Source: an uncultured Desulfobacter sp. (GTDB taxonomy: Bacteria > Desulfobacterota > Desulfobacteria > Desulfobacterales > Desulfobacteraceae). From it: 64,000 bases of DNA. The DNA lies in NCBI GenBank assembly GCA_963665095.1, contig OY762069.1, forward strand, positions 1,760,001 through 1,824,000, in the 5' to 3' direction. Numbering within the stretch: position 1 is the stretch's first letter; the number at the start of each line of letters is the position of its first letter. Below the pieces are notes generated by a model. That model saw only the letters and a program-made list of their open reading frames with translations. It was not told the DNA's origin and made no database searches. A program made the translations under genes and the position numbers. Below, one piece after another: positions 1 to 9,634 of the stretch.

Positions 1-120
1 CCTCCCCTGCCCGTTCCTGATATGTCCAAACCCGTTCGGCAAATTATATTCTCACAGCCTGTTCAGGTTTAAAACGCTTGAAGGAAAAACCCGGTAATAC
101 AAAACACAAAGGAGAAAAAG

Positions 121-2208
121 ATGCGGATATCCGGTAAAAAACGGCTGGCCGGTCTGGCTGCGGCAATGACGGCTGCAGTATGTCTGACGATGCCGGCAGG
201 AGCAGTGTGGGGGGAACAGGACTCAACGGCGGTGAACCTAGGCAGTGTCGTGGTAACGGCCCAAAAACAGGAAACCCTGGCCAAAGACACCCCCGGCAGT
301 ATATCGGTGGTGGATGCCCAGATCATAGATGAACAGAACATCAGGACCACCGAGGAGATGACAAGGCTTGTGCCCAACCTGTTCTTTAAAACGGCGACCT
401 CCGGCGATGCCTTTGTCTGCCGGGGCCTCTCCACCATAGACACATCACTATACTCGCCCATGGGGTTTTACATCAATGACGTGGCTTATCCCTTAAGCTA
501 TATGCAGTCGCAATTCCTGTTTGACATTGAGCGCATTGAGGTGCTTAAAGGGCCGCAGTCAACCCTTTACGGCCAAAACAGTTCCTCGGGCGTGATCAAT
601 ATGGTGTCTGCCCCCCAGGACAATGCGCCCCGGGCCCGTGTACTGCTGGAGGCAGGGTCCTATGATACCTTTACCGCAGGGGCCATGGTGGGCGGGGCGA
701 TTAAAAAGGATAAGCTGTTTTATACGGTTTCCGCATTAAAAAGCGTGTCGGACGGGTATATGGAAAATACCATTCTTGATTCGGACACAGCCTCTGACAA
801 TGACAGCTTTGCGGGGCGGGCCAGTCTGAGGTTCACGCCCAGTGAAGACCTGGACTTAACCCTGGCCCTGGACGGCACAGACCAGGAAAAGGGGCTTGAC
901 GATTTAAGGTACCTGGACGGTGCCTCTGCCACCCCGGCACTAAAGGTGCTCAACAACCAGGCCTCCCGGGCGGACCAGGACAGCTTTGACCAGTCCCTGA
1001 ACGTCAAGTATTCATTCCGCGGCATGGATCTGGTCTCCGTGACCTCCCACCAGGACTTTAACCGGCAGCATACCATGGATTCGGACAGAAGCGCCATGGC
1101 CCTGGGCGTATCCCACATTGATGTTGACCGGGAATCCTGGTCCCAGGAGATGCGTCTGTCTTCATCTTCAAACGATTTTTTTTCTTCCTGGCTTTTAGGC
1201 GTCTATGCGGCTATGGAAAGCCTGGACAACAACTGGGAGCTGGACCATGTCAGGGCCGCTTTGGCCAACACCCGGGTCACGGAAACGGATACGGACCGCC
1301 TGGCCCTGTTCGGCCAGGCCTCAAAGGCGTTGACCCAAACGTTGACCGCCACCGCCGGCCTGCGCCTGGATTATTCATCTGCATCCGCATCCCAGGTCTA
1401 TACCCGGAGCACGGGCACCACCTTGTATGACGAAGATATTACAGACACTGCGGTATTACCCATGGCCTCCCTGTCCTGGAAATTTTTACCTGATACCATG
1501 GGCTACCTGACTTTTTCCACGGGCTGGCTGGCCGGAGGATATGACATGTACTCCGCCACAAACCAGCAAAACTTTGCCTATGATCCCGAATATACCCGAA
1601 ACTATGAAGCCGGAATTAAGGCTGCATTTTTTGACAACCGCCTCAGGGCTGATTTCAGCGTATTCTACACAACCATCACTGACAAGCAGATCAGAGAAGA
1701 GGTTGCCGGCGGCAGCGTCGGCTCATGGAAAATCACCAATGCCGCCGATGCCCATGCCCAGGGTGTGGAGCTGGAACTGCGGGCATTGCCGGTCCGGGGC
1801 CTGGAACTCTTTGCCGCCATGGGATATACCGAAGCTGAAATTGATGACTGGACCGGGACTTTGAACGGAACCACCAAGGATTACAGCGGCTGCACCCTTC
1901 CCTGGGCACCGGACCTGACAGCCAACGCAGGATTTTCCTATACCCACGAAAGCGGCTGGTACGGCACAGCCAACGTGTTCTGGGCGGGCCGGCAATACTT
2001 TGATGCCGCCAACACCCTGGAGGATGACGGGTATACCCTGGTTAACCTCAAGGCCGGTTACCGGTGGAGCCGCTGGGATGTTTCGGTCTGGTGCAAGAAC
2101 CTGTTTGATGAGGAATATGCACAAAAAATGGTGGAATCCTCCGGGCACACCCTGGTGGAAGACGGCGAGCCCAGGACCCTGGGAATCACCCTTTGCTGGA
2201 GATGGTAA
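121..2208 (+). CDS. TonB-dependent outer-membrane receptor (siderophore/metallophore-receptor type)
   Basis: 695 aa; signal peptide, TonB-box-like VVVTAQK, plug motif IERIEVLKGPQSTLYGQN, C-terminal NLFDEEY...PRTLGITLCWRW; RBS AAGGAG upstream. Confidence 0.93.
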   Translation: MRISGKKRLAGLAAAMTAAVCLTMPAGAVWGEQDSTAVNLGSVVVTAQKQETLAKDTPGSISVVDAQIIDEQNIRTTEEMTRLVPNLFFKTATSGDAFVCRGLSTIDTSLYSPMGFYINDVAYPLSYMQSQFLFDIERIEVLKGPQSTLYGQNSSSGVINMVSAPQDNAPRARVLLEAGSYDTFTAGAMVGGAIKKDKLFYTVSALKSVSDGYMENTILDSDTASDNDSFAGRASLRFTPSEDLDLTLALDGTDQEKGLDDLRYLDGASATPALKVLNNQASRADQDSFDQSLNVKYSFRGMDLVSVTSHQDFNRQHTMDSDRSAMALGVSHIDVDRESWSQEMRLSSSSNDFFSSWLLGVYAAMESLDNNWELDHVRAALANTRVTETDTDRLALFGQASKALTQTLTATAGLRLDYSSASASQVYTRSTGTTLYDEDITDTAVLPMASLSWKFLPDTMGYLTFSTGWLAGGYDMYSATNQQNFAYDPEYTRNYEAGIKAAFFDNRLRADFSVFYTTITDKQIREEVAGGSVGSWKITNAADAHAQGVELELRALPVRGLELFAAMGYTEAEIDDWTGTLNGTTKDYSGCTLPWAPDLTANAGFSYTHESGWYGTANVFWAGRQYFDAANTLEDDGYTLVNLKAGYRWSRWDVSVWCKNLFDEEYAQKMVESSGHTLVEDGEPRTLGITLCWRW

Positions 2209-3239
2209 TGGAAAAACAAAATGAGAATAATGATGTGCCCATGGACCCCTTGTTCGATATCCTGACAGGACCGGTTAAAATGGCGGTATTAGAAGCGGCC
2301 CTGGAACTTAACATTGCCGATGTCACGGAAAACGCCATCTCTGCCCAGGGGATTGCCGGGGCTCTGGGTATCCATACGGACCCACAAGGCCTGGGCTTTT
2401 TTCTGGACAGCATGGCAGCCATGGGGTTCCTGGAAAAACAGGACGGGACGTACCGGAACACAAGCTTTGCCCAAAGATACCTGCATTCCCAAAGCCCCCT
2501 GTACATGAAGCCCTTTGTTACCCGGATGAAGAGCATGCAGCACAAAAATCTTGACCGGATCACCGGTATCATCAGAAACGGCCCGCCAAAAGTGGAGAAA
2601 TTCGAACGGTTGGCCTCTGAAACAAAATGGGAAAAGGCCGTGGCCCATCTGGCCGCCTACCAGCGGGCCGGTATGGCCGGAAAGGCGGCGGATCTGGTCC
2701 AGGCGCTGCCGGAGTTCAGAGACGCCAAAAAACTTCTGGACCTTGGGGGCGGCCCGGGACTGATAGGCGCAGAAATGGTCCGCAGGCACCCGAACCTTAA
2801 GGGGGTACTCCTGGACCAGGCCGCCATCATACGCCTGGCAGAAAAAGAGATCCGAAAAGAGGGGCTGGAACAACGGATCTCCTTTATCCCCGGGGATTAC
2901 AATGAAACCGATTTCGGCAATGGGTACGATATTGTCTGGGCCAGCCACAATCTTTATTATGTACGCGACCCTGAAATTTTCTACGCCCGTCTTTGGCAGG
3001 CCGTCACAGACAACGGCGTAGTGGTCTGCCTGCACGAAGGACTGACCCGTGAACGAACCCGGCCGGCCGGCATTGTTCTGTCCAGGCTCTCCCTGGCCCT
3101 GGAGGGGCAGGATGTCTCCTTTGAACATGGGCAGATTGCAGGTTATCTGAAAAGAGCCGGCTTTGCCCGGGTTCAAAGCCGTACCGTCAATCTCGGCGTG
3201 GATGAATGGGAGCTGGTCACGGCCAGAAAAACAGCATGA
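2208..3239 (+). CDS. SAM-dependent O-methyltransferase, class 2 (N-terminal dimerisation domain)
   Basis: LLDLGGGPG SAM motif, FIPGDY, YDIVWASH; ATG at 2208 overlaps the receptor stop (TAATG); ATG 2202 is an alternative start. Confidence 0.85.
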   Translation: MEKQNENNDVPMDPLFDILTGPVKMAVLEAALELNIADVTENAISAQGIAGALGIHTDPQGLGFFLDSMAAMGFLEKQDGTYRNTSFAQRYLHSQSPLYMKPFVTRMKSMQHKNLDRITGIIRNGPPKVEKFERLASETKWEKAVAHLAAYQRAGMAGKAADLVQALPEFRDAKKLLDLGGGPGLIGAEMVRRHPNLKGVLLDQAAIIRLAEKEIRKEGLEQRISFIPGDYNETDFGNGYDIVWASHNLYYVRDPEIFYARLWQAVTDNGVVVCLHEGLTRERTRPAGIVLSRLSLALEGQDVSFEHGQIAGYLKRAGFARVQSRTVNLGVDEWELVTARKTA

Positions 3240-4174
3240 AACCGGCCGTGGCGTTCTGGATCTGCATGGTATTATGGCTGCCGGCAAACCTTGGGGCCTC
3301 AGCCACTGGTGGCCGCCCCTTTGTCATCTCAGGGCCACCCGTGGCCGAAAGCCTGGTTTTTGCCGTCATGGCGGACCAGGGGTTTTGCAGGGAACCCGTA
3401 AAATTTGTAACCTGGCACTCCCCGGACCAGGCAAGGGCCATGATCGCGGCCGGCAAAACCCAGGGGTCCGTGGTAACCACGTCCGCAGCTGCCACCTTTT
3501 TCAACAAAGGGGTCAAAACAAGTATAGCCGGGGTATTTGCATCGCCGTTGTGGATCGTCAGCATCCGGCCGGTTCCCAAAGGGCCGCTGCAGGGCTCCTT
3601 TCTGTTTCCTTTCGGCCCCGGAGAAATGCCTGAAATTTTATTCAATATTGTAATGCAGGACAGACAGCCCCACCTTGAAACCCGGCACACCGGCGGTGCC
3701 CTGGAGGCGGTGAACCTGATGCTCATGGGCCGGGCAGACCATGCATTGCTGGCTGAACCGGCCGCCTCCCTGGCCGTGTCCCGTTCCAGGGATATGGCCG
3801 GGCCGGAACTGGCCAAAAACCTGGATATGCGAAAACTTTGGGAAACCCGGTTTGGGGGGAGCCCCCTGTGCGTGTCTGCCTTTGCGGTGTTCGGTGATGC
3901 CGTGGGGAAGCCCGGGCGGGTAAAGGCCATCCTCAAGGGATACAGCCTGGCCAGGGAGTGGATGGCGGCCCATCCGGACAAGACCCGGGCTATTGCGGAT
4001 AAAACGACAAAGGCCCTGGCCGGTCCCGGCGTGCCCCTGTCCGGGGCCCCGGTCCTGACGGGACAAAAGGCCTTTGCTGCGGCCCGGCTGTTCCTTGAAA
4101 AAATCCATGACCTGGACCCCGGGGCCGTTGGCGGGCCACTGCCTGGACCGGAACTGTTCACGGCATATCCATGA
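3236..4174 (+). CDS. ABC transporter substrate-binding protein, NitT/TauT type
   Basis: Signal peptide MKPAVAFWICMVLWLPANLGA; ADHALLAEP motif; ATGA overlaps with both neighbours; precedes permease and ATPase. Confidence 0.75.
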   Translation: MKPAVAFWICMVLWLPANLGASATGGRPFVISGPPVAESLVFAVMADQGFCREPVKFVTWHSPDQARAMIAAGKTQGSVVTTSAAATFFNKGVKTSIAGVFASPLWIVSIRPVPKGPLQGSFLFPFGPGEMPEILFNIVMQDRQPHLETRHTGGALEAVNLMLMGRADHALLAEPAASLAVSRSRDMAGPELAKNLDMRKLWETRFGGSPLCVSAFAVFGDAVGKPGRVKAILKGYSLAREWMAAHPDKTRAIADKTTKALAGPGVPLSGAPVLTGQKAFAAARLFLEKIHDLDPGAVGGPLPGPELFTAYP

Positions 4175-4941
4175 AAAACTTTTCACCTTTCAGTTCCCCG
4201 GGGATACAGATATTCCGGCTTTTGGGAATCCTTGGACTGTTTCTGGCCTGGTACCAGGCGTCCTGCGCTTTTTCAGGGCTGGTGGTGCCCGCACCCCAGG
4301 AAACCCTGGCAGCGGCGGTGAAGCTCTTATCCGATACCGGATTCTGGGCCGGTCATTTATGGGTGAGCCTCAGGCGCATGGGCCTGGCCCTGGGTACCGG
4401 GATCCTTGCCGGAGGCACCCTGGGGCTTATGGCCGGACTGGTCCCCGGGATCCGGGCACTGGTGGAGCCGGTGCGCTGGATTTTGACCACAGTGCCGGGT
4501 GTGGTGATCGTCATTGTGTTTATGCTCTGGTTCGGCATGGGAGATGTGATGGTGATCTCCATTGCCGCCAGCATGGGCGCCCCCATTATCTTTGTCAACC
4601 TGGCCGATGCCATGGGCCGGGTGGACCGTCACCTTCTGGAAATGGCCCGGGTCTACCGGTTCACTCTTAAAATGCGGATTATCAAAATCTACGCCATGGC
4701 TGCGGCCGGTCCTTTTTTTTCGGCCCTGGTCATTGCCGGGGGCAATATTGTCAGGGTCTGTGTTCTGGCAGAGGTTATGGGCGCGGACAAAGGCATCGGC
4801 CACTGCATGGCCGTGGCCCGGACCCGCCTGGATACCCCTGCACTGTATGCCCTGGCCCTGATCAGCATGTGCGTGGCCGCTGCCGTGGAGTTCTTAGTTT
4901 TCCGTCCCCTGGAGCGGCGGGTGAAAGGCCGGGGCGCATGA
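4171..4941 (+). CDS. ABC transporter permease, NitT/TauT (SsuC/TauC) type
   Basis: Multiple hydrophobic segments; EAA-loop-like VDRHLLEMARVY; AEVMGADKGIG. Confidence 0.9.
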   Translation: MKNFSPFSSPGIQIFRLLGILGLFLAWYQASCAFSGLVVPAPQETLAAAVKLLSDTGFWAGHLWVSLRRMGLALGTGILAGGTLGLMAGLVPGIRALVEPVRWILTTVPGVVIVIVFMLWFGMGDVMVISIAASMGAPIIFVNLADAMGRVDRHLLEMARVYRFTLKMRIIKIYAMAAAGPFFSALVIAGGNIVRVCVLAEVMGADKGIGHCMAVARTRLDTPALYALALISMCVAAAVEFLVFRPLERRVKGRGA

Positions 4942-5582
4942 TGACAAAACCTGCGGTGGCGTTTGAAAATGTATCCATGGCCTTTGGACGGCATACTCTT
5001 TTTGAAAATCTAAACCTTGATATCGGCCCGGGACAGGTGGTCGGCATCCAGGGTGCCAGCGGGGCCGGGAAATCCACCCTGCTGAAGATGGCGGCGGGAT
5101 TGATCCGGCCGGTTAAAGGCCGGGTTAAAGTTCATGCGGCTCCCCTGGGATATGTGTTCCAGGAGCCCCGGCTGCTTGAATGGTATACGGCCCGGGAAAA
5201 TATCAGCCTGGTCCTTAAGGCGGCCGGCATGTCCGGTAAAACTGCCAGGGAAACCGCGTTAAGGTCTCTTGCGGACCTGGGCCTGGCCGGGTTTGACTCC
5301 CACTACCCCCGGGAATTGTCCGGGGGAATGAACCAGAGGATCTCCATTGCCAGGGCACTGTCTGTATGTCCGGGACTGCTGCTGTTGGACGAGCCTTTTA
5401 CCGGGCTGGACCCGGCCCTTAAAACCCAGGTCAAGGAACAGGTCCGGGCCATGGTGAAAAAGACAGGGGCCTGCGTGATCCATGTCACCCATTCCAAGCA
5501 GGAACTTTTGCCGGAAACCCATACCCTTTTCACCCTGGAAAAAGGCCGGCTATATCCTTATAACGGCCACGGGCGGACCTGA
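4938..5582 (+). CDS. ABC transporter ATP-binding protein
   Basis: Walker A GASGAGKST, signature LSGGMNQR, Walker B LLLLDEPF, H-loop VTH; start placed at the ATGA overlap. Confidence 0.93.
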   Translation: MMTKPAVAFENVSMAFGRHTLFENLNLDIGPGQVVGIQGASGAGKSTLLKMAAGLIRPVKGRVKVHAAPLGYVFQEPRLLEWYTARENISLVLKAAGMSGKTARETALRSLADLGLAGFDSHYPRELSGGMNQRISIARALSVCPGLLLLDEPFTGLDPALKTQVKEQVRAMVKKTGACVIHVTHSKQELLPETHTLFTLEKGRLYPYNGHGRT

Positions 5583-5773
5583 CATATCAGCTGCCAAGCT
5601 TCGACCAACAACAAGGCAAGAAAGTATACCAGTGACTTTTTATTTGGTTATTTGGGTCGAACCAAGTTAACAGGATCTTAAATAAAAGCGAATACGGCAT
5701 TGCATCTGACGCACATCGGTTCTCTGCGCCATAAAAACCATTATTAAATAAGTCAAATCAAACTTAAACAAGT

Positions 5774-5802
5774 TGACACGTCTTTTTCGTTCTGCAATAA
5801 TT
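5774..5802 (+). promoter_or_regulatory. Candidate sigma70 promoter of the AraC gene
   Basis: TTGACA-17 nt-AATAAT about 46 nt upstream of ATG 5849. Confidence 0.45.
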
Positions 5803-5848
5803 TTATATGACAATGTAAAAATATCTGTTTTGACGCAGGGTATACACA

Positions 5849-6799
5849 ATGCAGCAAATGCAAATTACACAGGACACCCATGTAGAAAATATGACGGGTA
5901 CAGGGCTCAAAGAGATGCCCCTGCCCATGGATATCGGCAAAGGAAGTGTTCATCTTCTGGCGTTGAGTACCGGCATTCGGCTGAGCATATGTGATTATCA
6001 GCTGCATCATCCAACACAATTGATATACAATGCTTTTCCACGGGTTTTTGGTTTTGGATTCTGCCTGTCAGGGGATATCATCAATAAACCGTCTGAGTTC
6101 AGGGATTCCGGCGTTATCCGCCCGGGGCAAAGCGCTGTGTTTCATTTTGACGGCGGAGATATGCAGGAAACCGTAAGTACCGAACGGGTGATACGGGTGG
6201 ACCTGATTCTGGACCCGGATCAATTCCAGGATATTATCTGCAATGACACCCGGTTGAATTTTCCATCCCTGCAAAAAGTGTTAACCAGTCCCGGACGCCT
6301 TTTTCAGCCGTTAATCCCTGCCATGCAAAGCGCGCTGATGCAAATGCTCAATTGCCCCTACCATGGTGCGACACGCAACTTTTTCATGGAGGGCAAAGCG
6401 CTGGAACTGGTTGCGTATAAACTGGATCAGCTTGGAGAGAAAAAAAACCGGAATACAGCCACGCCTCCTTTGGATGATGAGCTGGTGGACAGGACGCGAT
6501 ATGCCGGCCGGTTACTGACCCGGGATCTGGAAAATCCGCCCTCTATTTCCGAACTTGCCGGCAACGTCGGCATGTGCCGCAGTAAACTGCATTTTTGTTT
6601 CCAGCAGGTTTACGGCACAACACCCTTTGAATACCTGCGCCTAAAGCGCCTGGAAACCGCCCAGCGCCTGCTGCACCAGGGCATGAACGTAACCCAGGCC
6701 GCCTTTGCCGTGGGCTATTCCAGTTTAAGTCATTTTACCAAGGCGTTTAAGCAATACACCGGTTGTCTTCCCAGCCATTACCGTCCCGGAAAAAACTGA
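5849..6799 (+). CDS. AraC-family transcriptional regulator (PchR/YbtA-like)
   Basis: MLNCPYHGATRNFFMEGKALELV and C-terminal double HTH ending NVTQAAFAVGYSSLSHFTKAFK; lies between two TonB receptors. Confidence 0.92.
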   Translation: MQQMQITQDTHVENMTGTGLKEMPLPMDIGKGSVHLLALSTGIRLSICDYQLHHPTQLIYNAFPRVFGFGFCLSGDIINKPSEFRDSGVIRPGQSAVFHFDGGDMQETVSTERVIRVDLILDPDQFQDIICNDTRLNFPSLQKVLTSPGRLFQPLIPAMQSALMQMLNCPYHGATRNFFMEGKALELVAYKLDQLGEKKNRNTATPPLDDELVDRTRYAGRLLTRDLENPPSISELAGNVGMCRSKLHFCFQQVYGTTPFEYLRLKRLETAQRLLHQGMNVTQAAFAVGYSSLSHFTKAFKQYTGCLPSHYRPGKN

Positions 6800-7134
6800 T
6801 TTTCCGGCCTGCCTTTTCTTCAGAATTTTCATCCGACATTTTTCATTTCGGAAAAATGCAGCTCGTTTAAAAAAAACAAAACACCGCTAAAAATTAAGGG
6901 CAGAAAAACAAAATACCGTTAGCAAAATTTTAGTAACTATATTAGAAACGCCTAATAATTTAGCTTAAAACAATCTTTTGTGGACACCCATGAAAGTGGG
7001 GGTCAATGACCTGGCTTTTGCAGACTGCTCGGCCGTATAAGAGACCAGCCATTTTTGATTGTTGTATGATTAGGCTTAATAATTTGTTTGGAAAAATGTG
7101 AAGACGAACTTTGCCGGTTGAAAAGGAGACCATT

Positions 7135-9321
7135 ATGATCTGTCCGACTATACCCTTTCCAGGAAATCCTCTATTGCCCCGGGCATACCGCAGGGCATTA
7201 TTTACACTGTTGTGTTTTTTTGTACTAAGCCTTTGTGGCATTGCAACGGCTTCAGAAAAGAGCCTGGAGACCGTTTCCGGAACCCGGGCCGGCAATGCGT
7301 CAGACCCAAATGCCCAAAGCTCAGACTCAGAGGAGAAAAACGATGCGGTGCTATCGGAAATCATAGTCACAGGAGAAAAAGTAGATAAAAGTGTGCTGGA
7401 TTCAGGTGCCAGTGTCCAGGTGTACGATGCCCAGCGGCTTGAAACTTCCGTGAATGCCACCAGTATTACCGATCTTTTAAAAATGACCCCCAATATCGTG
7501 GACACGGGGAACGGCAATTTCCTGCCTGTGATCCGGGGCAGTGACGGCGCCGGGCCCGGCCGGGGGGCGGTGGCCTTTGTCACCGGTACCCGTCCCCGGC
7601 TGAACATGTCTTTGGACGGCCGGTCCCTGACATATAATGAGGTGGCTTTTGGCCCCCAGTCTTTGTGGGATGTGGCGCAGGTGGAAATTTTTTTAGGGCC
7701 TCAAAGCTATATTCAGGGCAGGAACTCCATTGCAGGTGCCGTGCTTGTTACCTCAAAAGATCCCACCTTTGACTGGCAGGAAGGGTTCAGATTCGGGTAT
7801 GGAGAGCAGGAGTACCTCCAGACCGCTGCCTATATTTCCGGCCCCATTGTCAAAGATGAACTGGCCCTGCGTGTCAGTATCGACCGCCAGACACGTGAAA
7901 GTTTTACTGAACTTGAGTCCTATGACGCGGCAGGCGATCCCCGGGAAATTGAAGTGATCACGGCCCGGGCAAAGCTTTTATACCTGCCCCAAGCCATTCC
8001 TGAACTTGAGACAAAACTGACGGTCCAGCATTTTGATACCCGGGCCCCCCAAAGCGAGGCTGATGTGGCCCCGGCTGGCTCGGGATCCAAATTCAGCGGT
8101 CCCCGGCCGGTATGGGAGACAGAATCCACCAGTGGTATCTGGGATCTGAGCTGGGGGGGAATTAAAAATTTTTCATTTGAAAACAAGCTGATCTACACTG
8201 ATTTTTCCAATGAGCGCCTGACCCTGCCCACAGATTCCTACGCAAATATTGACGGTCGGGAATTCCAGGTGGAACCCCTGTTGCGTTATACCGGTGAGGG
8301 CCGCCTGGTCCGCGGGTTGCTGGGCCTTTGGTATTTCAACTCTTCCCAGGATGAGTTCGTCAATATTTACGGCGGCAGTACCTTTGATGATAAAACAGAA
8401 ACTGCGTCCGCCTTTGCCGAAATTACCTATGAAGTGATTCCCCGGGTGGAAGTAACGGCCGGCGGCCGCTTTGAACGGGAACACCGGGAGCGGCAGGGTG
8501 GCGGTGCCGGGCTTAACTACGGCGGTACCATCTATAATGTGGAAGTGGATTTTGACGAAACCTATTCGGTATTCCTGCCCAAACTGGATGTGGCCTGGAA
8601 AGTAAAGGACAACCATACCCTGGGGGCCAAAGCAGCCAAGGGCTACAGGGCCGGCGGTGCAGGCATCACCTTTGACGTTCCCTGGACCAGTTATGCCTTT
8701 GATGAAGAGTATGTCTGGACCTATGAGCTGTATACCCGCCACAGGGTGCTAAACGACATTCTGGAGCTTACCACAAATATTTTCTACAACGATTACAAAG
8801 ATATGCAGTTGCCTTACTACATCAACTCAAGTGCTGTAACCATTATCAACGCAGATGAGGCCAAAAGCTATGGTGCCGAACTTGGCATGCGCTGGCTGCC
8901 TGTTAAAGAGCTGGCACTGTCCTGGGGCGTAGGCCTTCTGAAAACGGAAATAGAAAAAATATCCATTGAATCCTATGTGGGCAATGAACTGCCCCGGTCA
9001 CCGGGATTTACCGCCAATTTCGGTGTCGTGTATCAGCTGCCTCTGGGTTTTGATGTCAGCGCAAACGTCAATTATAAGGACGAGTACTACTCCTATTATG
9101 ACAATGACGAGCTTGGTGCCATTGATGATTACTGGACGGCGGATCTTCAGATCGGATACAACATCCAGGGCTGGGGCTTTATAAAACACGGGCGTGCCAC
9201 CCTTTTTGCACGTAACCTGTTTGACGAGGACCAGACCATTCTGATTGCCGGAAATGATACGGATGCCCCGTTAAAACAGCAGCCCAGAATGATCGGCATG
9301 TCTTTGGAGCTGCATTTTTAA
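7135..9321 (+). CDS. TonB-dependent outer-membrane receptor
   Basis: IIVTGEK TonB-box-like, plug motif QVEIFLGPQSYIQGRNSIAGAV, C-terminal RNLFDE...PRMIGMSLELHF; RBS AAGGAG before ATG 7135. Confidence 0.92.
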   Translation: MICPTIPFPGNPLLPRAYRRALFTLLCFFVLSLCGIATASEKSLETVSGTRAGNASDPNAQSSDSEEKNDAVLSEIIVTGEKVDKSVLDSGASVQVYDAQRLETSVNATSITDLLKMTPNIVDTGNGNFLPVIRGSDGAGPGRGAVAFVTGTRPRLNMSLDGRSLTYNEVAFGPQSLWDVAQVEIFLGPQSYIQGRNSIAGAVLVTSKDPTFDWQEGFRFGYGEQEYLQTAAYISGPIVKDELALRVSIDRQTRESFTELESYDAAGDPREIEVITARAKLLYLPQAIPELETKLTVQHFDTRAPQSEADVAPAGSGSKFSGPRPVWETESTSGIWDLSWGGIKNFSFENKLIYTDFSNERLTLPTDSYANIDGREFQVEPLLRYTGEGRLVRGLLGLWYFNSSQDEFVNIYGGSTFDDKTETASAFAEITYEVIPRVEVTAGGRFEREHRERQGGGAGLNYGGTIYNVEVDFDETYSVFLPKLDVAWKVKDNHTLGAKAAKGYRAGGAGITFDVPWTSYAFDEEYVWTYELYTRHRVLNDILELTTNIFYNDYKDMQLPYYINSSAVTIINADEAKSYGAELGMRWLPVKELALSWGVGLLKTEIEKISIESYVGNELPRSPGFTANFGVVYQLPLGFDVSANVNYKDEYYSYYDNDELGAIDDYWTADLQIGYNIQGWGFIKHGRATLFARNLFDEDQTILIAGNDTDAPLKQQPRMIGMSLELHF

Positions 9322-9322
9322 T

Positions 9323-9622
9323 ATGAAAGAGATTTACAAGGCCATGGCCGCCCCGGAAAAAAGCGGCGGCCATATTGGCTGGTTCCGGGCATTGTGTGCT
9401 GTTTTCGGCGGCCTTGCCGTGGCCTATTCTGCCATGACGCTCTTTGTGTTGCTTTCCATTTCGAAAACAGCCCACGCCCTGTTTATTCCGTTTTTGTTCA
9501 CCCCCTTTGCCTGGGCCTGTGCGGCATTGTGGATTTCATTATCCCCCACACGGCTTGGTGCGCTGTTGCGCAGTCTTGTGCCAACCTTTGTTTTTTTTCT
9601 GGCAGCAGCTGTGATTGTATAA
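9323..9622 (+). CDS. Small three-helix membrane protein associated with PepSY-TM iron-uptake modules
   Basis: 99 aa, strongly hydrophobic, between TonB receptor and PepSY-TM gene. Confidence 0.65.
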   Translation: MKEIYKAMAAPEKSGGHIGWFRALCAVFGGLAVAYSAMTLFVLLSISKTAHALFIPFLFTPFAWACAALWISLSPTRLGALLRSLVPTFVFFLAAAVIV

Positions 9623-9634
9623 AAGGCCCATCCA

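Noticed and set aside
2289..4161. Long antisense ORFs (332 aa and 314 aa), and similar ones opposite ftsK and acyl-CoA dehydrogenase
   Set aside because: They shadow well-supported genes on the other strand in GC-rich coding DNA and contain no recognisable motifs.
5800..5830. Fur box upstream of the AraC gene
   Set aside because: AT-rich, but only a weak match to the GATAATGATAATCATTATC-type consensus; not supportable by eye.
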